NCBI GenBank assembly: GCA_020634615.1
Contig: JACKBI010000015.1
Coordinates: 100,230 to 164,229 of the forward strand
Reading direction: 5' to 3'
Source of the DNA: Anaerolineales bacterium
GTDB taxonomy: Bacteria; Chloroflexota; Anaerolineae; JAAEKA01
Length of the DNA: 64,000 bases
Part shown: positions 58,492-64,000 of the stretch, one piece after another
How positions within the stretch are numbered: the first letter of the stretch is position 1
Layout of the letters: every line of letters begins with the position of its first letter
Program-made: the position numbers and the translations under genes
The notes under the pieces: model-generated
The model's input: only the letters and a program-made list of their open reading frames with translations
Databases searched by the model: none
What the model was told of the DNA's origin: nothing

Positions 58492-59935
58492 CGTCGCCGC
58501 CTTCGCCCGTCCAGTTGGTGTGGAAGAACTGGCCGCGCGGCCGGTCCACCCGCTCGTAGGTGTGTGCGCCGAAGTAGTCGCGCTGCGCCTGGGTCAGGTT
58601 GGCCGGCAAACGATCGCGGCGGTAGCCATCGAAGAACGCCAGCGCGCTGGACATGGCGGGTACCGGGATCCCCAGGGCCACGGCCTGCGCCACCACTCGC
58701 CGCCAGCCGGCCTGCGCTGCTTCGACTGCTTCGGTGAAATAGGGCGCCAGCAGCAGGTTGGTCAGGTCCGGATCGGTGTCGTAAGCTTCCTTGATCTTGC
58801 CCAGGAAGACCGAGCGGATGATACAGCCGCCGCGCCACATCAGCGCAATGCCGCCATAGTTCAGATTCCAGCCATACTCAGCCGCGGCGGCGCGCATTAG
58901 CATGTAGCCCTGCGCGTAAGAGACGATCTTCGACGCGTAGACGGCTTCCTCCAGATCATCGATGAACGCAGCCTGCTTGCCGGTGAAAGACGACGCCTGG
59001 CCATGCAGCACCTTTGACGCCGCGACCCGCTCCTCCTTCAGCGCCGACAGGCTGCGGGCAAACACCGCCTCGCCGATCAGCGTCAACGGGATCCCCATGT
59101 TGAGGGCGCTTTCGGCGGTCCACTTGCCGGTGCCCTTCTGTCCGGCTGCATCCAGGATCAGGTCCAGCACAGCGGCGCCAGTTTCATCGCGATAGGCCAG
59201 GATATCGCGCGTGATCTCGATCAGGTAGCTCTCCAGCTTGCCGCTGTTCCAACGCTCCAGAACCGCGCTCATGGCGTCGTTGTCGAGCCCAAGCCCCTCT
59301 TTCATCAGCTCATAGGCTTCAGCGATGATCTGCATGTCGCCGTATTCGATGCCATTGTGTACCATCTTGACAAAGTGGCCCGCGCCGCCTTCGCCGACCC
59401 AGTCACAGCAGGGCGCGCCGTTGGGGTCGCCTTCCGGTACCTTGGCCGAAATACTTTGGAAGATATCCTTGACTGAGGCCCACGCGGCCGGCGACCCGCC
59501 CGGCATGATGGAGGGGCCGAAACGCGCACCCTCCTCACCGCCAGAGACACCGGTGCCGATGAAGAGCAGCCCCTTCGACTCCAGGTAGGCAGTACGGCGG
59601 ATGGAATCCTCGTAATTGGAGTTGCCGCCGTCGATGATGATATCGCCTGGCTCCAGATAGGGCAGCACCGTCTCAATAAATGCGTCCACCGGTTTGCCGG
59701 CTTTGACCATCAACATCACCCGGCGCGGCCGTTTCAGGAGACTGATCAATTCCTCGATCGAATGGGCGCCGACGACATTGGTCCCGGCGGCAGTGCCATC
59801 CAGAAACTCATCTACCTTCGACACCGTTCGATTATAAACGGCCACGGTGAAGCCATGGTCGTTCATGTTCAATACCAGGTTCTGGCCCATGACGGCCAGT
59901 CCAATCAAGCCGATGTCGGCGACGGGAACAGTCAT
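58466..59935 (-). CDS. gnd: 6-phosphogluconate dehydrogenase (decarboxylating)
   Basis: IGLIGLAVMGQNL NADP-binding motif. The start is at MTVPVADIG. Confidence 0.9.
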   Translation of the reverse strand: MTVPVADIGLIGLAVMGQNLVLNMNDHGFTVAVYNRTVSKVDEFLDGTAAGTNVVGAHSIEELISLLKRPRRVMLMVKAGKPVDAFIETVLPYLEPGDIIIDGGNSNYEDSIRRTAYLESKGLLFIGTGVSGGEEGARFGPSIMPGGSPAAWASVKDIFQSISAKVPEGDPNGAPCCDWVGEGGAGHFVKMVHNGIEYGDMQIIAEAYELMKEGLGLDNDAMSAVLERWNSGKLESYLIEITRDILAYRDETGAAVLDLILDAAGQKGTGKWTAESALNMGIPLTLIGEAVFARSLSALKEERVAASKVLHGQASSFTGKQAAFIDDLEEAVYASKIVSYAQGYMLMRAAAAEYGWNLNYGGIALMWRGGCIIRSVFLGKIKEAYDTDPDLTNLLLAPYFTEAVEAAQAGWRRVVAQAVALGIPVPAMSSALAFFDGYRRDRLPANLTQAQRDYFGAHTYERVDRPRGQFFHTNWTGEGGDVTAGTYEA

Positions 59936-60114
59936 TTTTTCTTCCTTCCGTGGGTAGCGGGACTGACGGTCCTTGTTTTCGACTGGTGCTAATGAAGTGC
60001 CGAGGCAGCTAGTTTGCCGCGAAGCCAGCAATATCAGTCCTGCAGAAGCGCGCCAATCGTATACTCCCCATTTTACACAGGTGACGGAATGCGGGAAACC
60101 TGGCCAGCGACCTC

Positions 60115-60178
60115 GTTCGTAGTAGCGACTTCAGTCGCCTCTGGGGACACCGGAGGCGACTGAAGTCGCTACTACGAA
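60115..60178. terminator. Hairpin terminator with a 26-bp stem
   Basis: ttcgtagtagcgacttcagtcgcctc-tggggacacc-ggaggcgactgaagtcgctactacgaa. Confidence 0.8.
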
Positions 60179-60182
60179 CCGG

Positions 60183-61817
60183 TCATTTTGCGTATACCCA
60201 GTCAGCAAACAGCTGGCCAAGATCGCAGCCGCAGTGCTGTTCAGCCAGCGCGCGCAGCCCCTCGGTCGTAGCAACGTCCCAGGAGAAGGCCCGGTAGTAG
60301 TCGCGCAGGAACGCGGCAAACGCCGTCTCGCCCATCTCCTGCGCCAGCGCCTCGAAGAAAAGCGGCCCGCGTCCGTAGACGATAGCGCCGTACGTGCCGG
60401 GATATTCGCCGCCCTCGGAGTACGCCGCCACTGGCAGGCCAATGGGAATCGCATCCTCGCTGACACGCGCCCAGCGACTCTCCAGCGACGCCCGGAACCC
60501 GTCGTAACCTTCCTGACCGTACTGATCCTGGAAGTACAGCAGGGTGATGTACTGGGTCAGCGCCTCGTCCAGCCACGGGTCGTCCAACTGATCGTCGCCC
60601 ACCACGTTGTAGAACCACTGATGGCCCACCTCGTGTGCAACGGTGGCTTCCAGATACTGCTCGTACTGGCCCTGATACATGCGGTTGGTGAGCGCCATGA
60701 TGCCGGGATATTCGACGCCCAACGCGCTGGTGGCCGTGCTGACAAGATCCATCTCGCTGTAGGGATAGGGGCCGATGTGGCCCTCGAAGCTCCGCATTGC
60801 TGCCGCGGCGATCTCGGCCACCGCTTTTGATCCGATTCGAAGGCTGCGCGGCGCGTAGCTGTTGATCGTCGTTTCACCCACCTGCTGGCTGGTCACCTCG
60901 TAAGCATCGCTGGCAGCCAGATAGAAGTCGCGCGCCGGGCCGGCTGCTACGGTCACCACCTGCTTGCCTGCGGCGCTGCTTTCGTCCACAATGACGCCGC
61001 TGGTTACCAGCACCTGCTTGTCGGGTGCGGTGATACGCGCCAGGTAGTAGCTGCTGTCAGCATAGACGACATCGCCTTCGGGCGGAGCAATCTCGACGTT
61101 CCAGCCTTCATCGTCGTAGACCGCGATCATTGGATAGAAGTGCGCCAACGCCAATACATCGTCAAATGAGGCAAAGGTGCCGTAGTTGCTGGTCTCCGGG
61201 TCGGTCGGCACGATCACGTCGAAATCCATCGCGATAACCGCCTGCTGGCCCGGTTGGAGTGGCTCTGCCAGCGGCACGGTCATGACGCTGTCCTCCAGGC
61301 TATAGACAGGCTCGCCCGGCTGCCCGTTGACGGTCAGATTGCTGACAGAAATTGATCCACCGGTAAGGTTGGGGAACAGACGAAACACCACGCTGTCCAG
61401 CGGCACATCCTCCGTATTGGTGTAGCGCACTTCCTCGCGACCGTGCAGCGACGTCATGTCGTCGCCCAGAGTCACATCCAGATGATAGACGCTCGCGCCG
61501 GGCCGCTGCTCCAGCACGGATTGCTGGCCGGTCACCAGACCAGCAGCAAAGGGGCTGCGGTCGTCCCAGGCAATGTCGAAAATCGTCGACGCCGGCTGGT
61601 CGGCGCTGTCCACAGCCGCGGAGGCCGGTTCAGCCGGTTGCGTGGCGGCCGGCTCGACGGCAGTCGTCGGCGCAAGTTGCGGCGTGTCTGTGGCGGCGAG
61701 CGCAGTCGTGGGCTGTGTTGCCGGCGAAACGGTGGCGACAGCAGGGTTAGCGGGCTGCTGGCAAGCCGTCAAAGCCAGCAGGGAAATCAAGGTGAGGATG
61801 AGAATTTTAGTTTTCAT
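60183..61817 (-). CDS. M1-family zinc aminopeptidase-like lipoprotein
   Basis: Lipoprotein signal MKTKILILTLISLLALTAC; HEVGHQWFYNVVG…E zincin motif. Confidence 0.75.
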   Translation of the reverse strand: MKTKILILTLISLLALTACQQPANPAVATVSPATQPTTALAATDTPQLAPTTAVEPAATQPAEPASAAVDSADQPASTIFDIAWDDRSPFAAGLVTGQQSVLEQRPGASVYHLDVTLGDDMTSLHGREEVRYTNTEDVPLDSVVFRLFPNLTGGSISVSNLTVNGQPGEPVYSLEDSVMTVPLAEPLQPGQQAVIAMDFDVIVPTDPETSNYGTFASFDDVLALAHFYPMIAVYDDEGWNVEIAPPEGDVVYADSSYYLARITAPDKQVLVTSGVIVDESSAAGKQVVTVAAGPARDFYLAASDAYEVTSQQVGETTINSYAPRSLRIGSKAVAEIAAAAMRSFEGHIGPYPYSEMDLVSTATSALGVEYPGIMALTNRMYQGQYEQYLEATVAHEVGHQWFYNVVGDDQLDDPWLDEALTQYITLLYFQDQYGQEGYDGFRASLESRWARVSEDAIPIGLPVAAYSEGGEYPGTYGAIVYGRGPLFFEALAQEMGETAFAAFLRDYYRAFSWDVATTEGLRALAEQHCGCDLGQLFADWVYAK

Positions 61818-62254
61818 ATGAGTCTCGTTGGATGACAAAGTTGATGCGGGCCGATTTTCGGCCAGCTTGCTTGTGATAGTTAAGAAAATGAATCGGCAAT
61901 TGTATCGGTACGCCCGCCGGAGGCTACCCACTCCGCTCCGCTACGGGGTGCTGCGCAAAGCCGTCCGGCTACAACATGGAAGCCCTTTCAGGGCTGGAAT
62001 CCAGGCCCGTAGGGCCTTTCACCTCGTAGCCCGATCCGTTTAACGGTCGGGCGGGCTTCGCCAGGCTATTGCCGGAACAAAATCTTAACTTTCATCATTC
62101 GGTGGGGTGGCGGCGCCGTCGTACTGTCGACACCTCTCTTTGCCCGCCGCGGCAACGGCAGCTATAATCACACCCATCACAGATCGGCCGCTCCGACGGT
62201 TCAACGACGGAGTCGCACGCCCCCCACTTTACCAGCGCCAGGCTGTATTGATCT

Positions 62255-63802
62255 GTGATCCTTCCTTCCATGATTGCAACTCGCCGCCAGATTGCCCGCG
62301 CCGCCGGGCTCGTCTCCGTCCTCTTCGCCATCAGCCGGCTGCTCGGCCTGTTGCGCGAGATCATTATAGGCGCGCAATTCGGCACCGGCGCGACGCTGGA
62401 CGCGTACCTGGCAGCTTTCCGTCTGCCGGACATGATCTTTTATCTGGTGGCCGGCGGAGCGCTGGCGTCCGCGTTCATTCCCACGTTCACTGCCGCCCTT
62501 GCCCGCTCGCAGGATCCGCGCCAACTGGTTGCCTGGAAACTGGCCAGCAACGTCGCCAATTTGACACTGCTGATCACCACATGCCTGGCCATCGCGGCAG
62601 CCATTCTGGCCAAACCGCTGGTCGAACACATCATCGCGCCCGGCTTCAACGAGACAAACGTCGATCTGACGGTGCGCCTGATGCGCATTATGCTGATCGG
62701 TCCGGTCATTTTCGGGTTGAGCGGCCTGGTGATGGGCATTCTCAACAGCTTCCAGCACTTCCTGTCGCCCGCCCTGGCGCCGGTCATCTACAATTTGGTG
62801 ATCATCGCGGCCGCTCTGTTCCTGGCGCCGACCATGGGGGTAACGGGACTGGCGATCGGCGTGGTTGCGGGGTCGCTGGGACATCTGCTGGTACAGGTAC
62901 CAGCGCTGCTGCGCCGCAAGCCGCGCTATTTTGCCAGCTTCGGTCTGGACAGCCCCGATGTACGGGAGGTTCTTCGGTTGATGGGGCCGCGCGTGCTGGG
63001 TTTGGCCGCCGTGCAGATCAACTTTGTCATCACCGTCAACCTGGCATCGCGCCTGGCCGAGGGGAGCATCGCAGCCGTCAACTACGCCTGGCTGATGATG
63101 TTGCTGCCGCAGGGTATCATCGCGCAGGGCATTGCAACGGCAGTCTTCCCGACCCTTTCAACGCTGGCTGCCCAGCAACAGATCGACACGCTGCGACGAA
63201 CCCTCAACGCGGCGCTGCGCGCCATCCTCTGGTTGACCCTGCCTGCGGCGGCCGGGCTGCTCATTCTGCGCACGTCGCTGATCCAGGTGCTGCTGGAGCG
63301 GGGCCAGTTCACCGCGCAATCGACGCAGATGACCGCCTACGCGCTGGCCTTCTTCTCCTTCGGGCTGGTCGCACACAGTCTGCTGGAGGTGATCACCCGG
63401 GCCTTCTATGCACTGCACGACACCTGGACGCCGGTCAAGATCGGCCTTGTGGCAATGCTGATCAACGCGACGCTGGGCATTCTGTTGCTCCATCCGATGG
63501 CGCAAGGCGGTCTGGCACTGGCCAACACCATCGCTGTGACCGTGGAAACTCTGACACTGCTCTGGCTGATCCGGCCGCGAATCAACGGGCTGGGCGGACG
63601 GCAGTTGGTCAACACACTGGGGCGCAGCCTGGCCGCCACGCTGGTCATGTCAGCAGCGCTGCTGTTGTTCACCGCGCGCACAGCAACCATGCCCGCGCTT
63701 GCCACAGTGGTCGCCGGGCTGGTGATCGGCGCAACTGTCTATGGTGTGCTGGCGCTGGCGTTGGGTCGCGAGGAACTCAAACAGCTTCGCAGGACGAGTT
63801 AG
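62255..63802 (+). CDS. murJ: Lipid II flippase MurJ
   Basis: MviN/MurJ N terminus …LLGLLREIIIGAQFGTGATLDAYLAAFRLPD…; 14 TM helices. Confidence 0.9.
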   Translation: MILPSMIATRRQIARAAGLVSVLFAISRLLGLLREIIIGAQFGTGATLDAYLAAFRLPDMIFYLVAGGALASAFIPTFTAALARSQDPRQLVAWKLASNVANLTLLITTCLAIAAAILAKPLVEHIIAPGFNETNVDLTVRLMRIMLIGPVIFGLSGLVMGILNSFQHFLSPALAPVIYNLVIIAAALFLAPTMGVTGLAIGVVAGSLGHLLVQVPALLRRKPRYFASFGLDSPDVREVLRLMGPRVLGLAAVQINFVITVNLASRLAEGSIAAVNYAWLMMLLPQGIIAQGIATAVFPTLSTLAAQQQIDTLRRTLNAALRAILWLTLPAAAGLLILRTSLIQVLLERGQFTAQSTQMTAYALAFFSFGLVAHSLLEVITRAFYALHDTWTPVKIGLVAMLINATLGILLLHPMAQGGLALANTIAVTVETLTLLWLIRPRINGLGGRQLVNTLGRSLAATLVMSAALLLFTARTATMPALATVVAGLVIGATVYGVLALALGREELKQLRRTS

Positions 63803-64000
63803 AACTCCATGCGCCACGCAGTAGTCCCAGTCGAGCACCGTGCAAGTGCTCGCGCTTCGTGCCTGATCCTGGCCTCCGTGCCAAACGCTAGTCTACGGCG
63901 CGTCATCTGACAGCACAGCCCTAATATCGTCCCCATCACAAATACGACAGTCCAGTTTGTAGCCTATGAAACGCGCGCGGCCTGCGGCTTCCAACACCCA

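Noticed and set aside
61950-62090. Possible tRNA or tmRNA because of clustered hairpins and a ctggaatccag loop
   Set aside because: There is no GTTCRANYC T-loop, no acceptor-stem and CCA geometry, and no anticodon-arm spacing.

Overview
This is a 64 kb window of a high-GC (about 65%) bacterial chromosome. The gene content and codon bias suggest a Chloroflexi-like organism, but that is inference. I support about 54 protein-coding genes. Notable ones include tandem CorC/CNNM transporters, FadD, a Fur/Zur regulator with ZnuC and ZnuB, PsuG, Hpt, a LonC-like protease, several GT4 glycosyltransferases (one apparently frameshifted), a tyrosine-catabolism neighbourhood with HppD, two type II toxin-antitoxin pairs, an astacin metalloprotease, a SARP/STAND regulator, an M24 peptidase, Gnd, an M1 aminopeptidase and MurJ. 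I found no rRNA, tRNA, CRISPR array, transposase or integrase. Three families of short palindromic intergenic repeats recur in the window: a purine/pyrimidine-arm G-rich hairpin element, an ~85 bp element bounded by GACTTCGGAAGTCGCCG inverted repeats, and a heptamer (CAGTGAT)n hairpin element that supplies stop codons to three genes. The most unusual feature is a 1285-aa cytoplasmic protein that fuses an adenylate cyclase, a STAND ATPase and TPR repeats to a C-terminal family-5 solute-binding-protein domain. Also notable are a pair of tandem secreted paralogs carrying an uncharacterised ~150-aa domain, one of which is a GC-content chimera; a C12 homopolymer in a promoter region; low-GC islands carrying an SPFH protein and an astacin with six tandem repeats; and G-quadruplex-prone GGGG(A/C)TGGGG motifs found both in intergenic repeats and in-frame in two glycosyltransferase paralogs.
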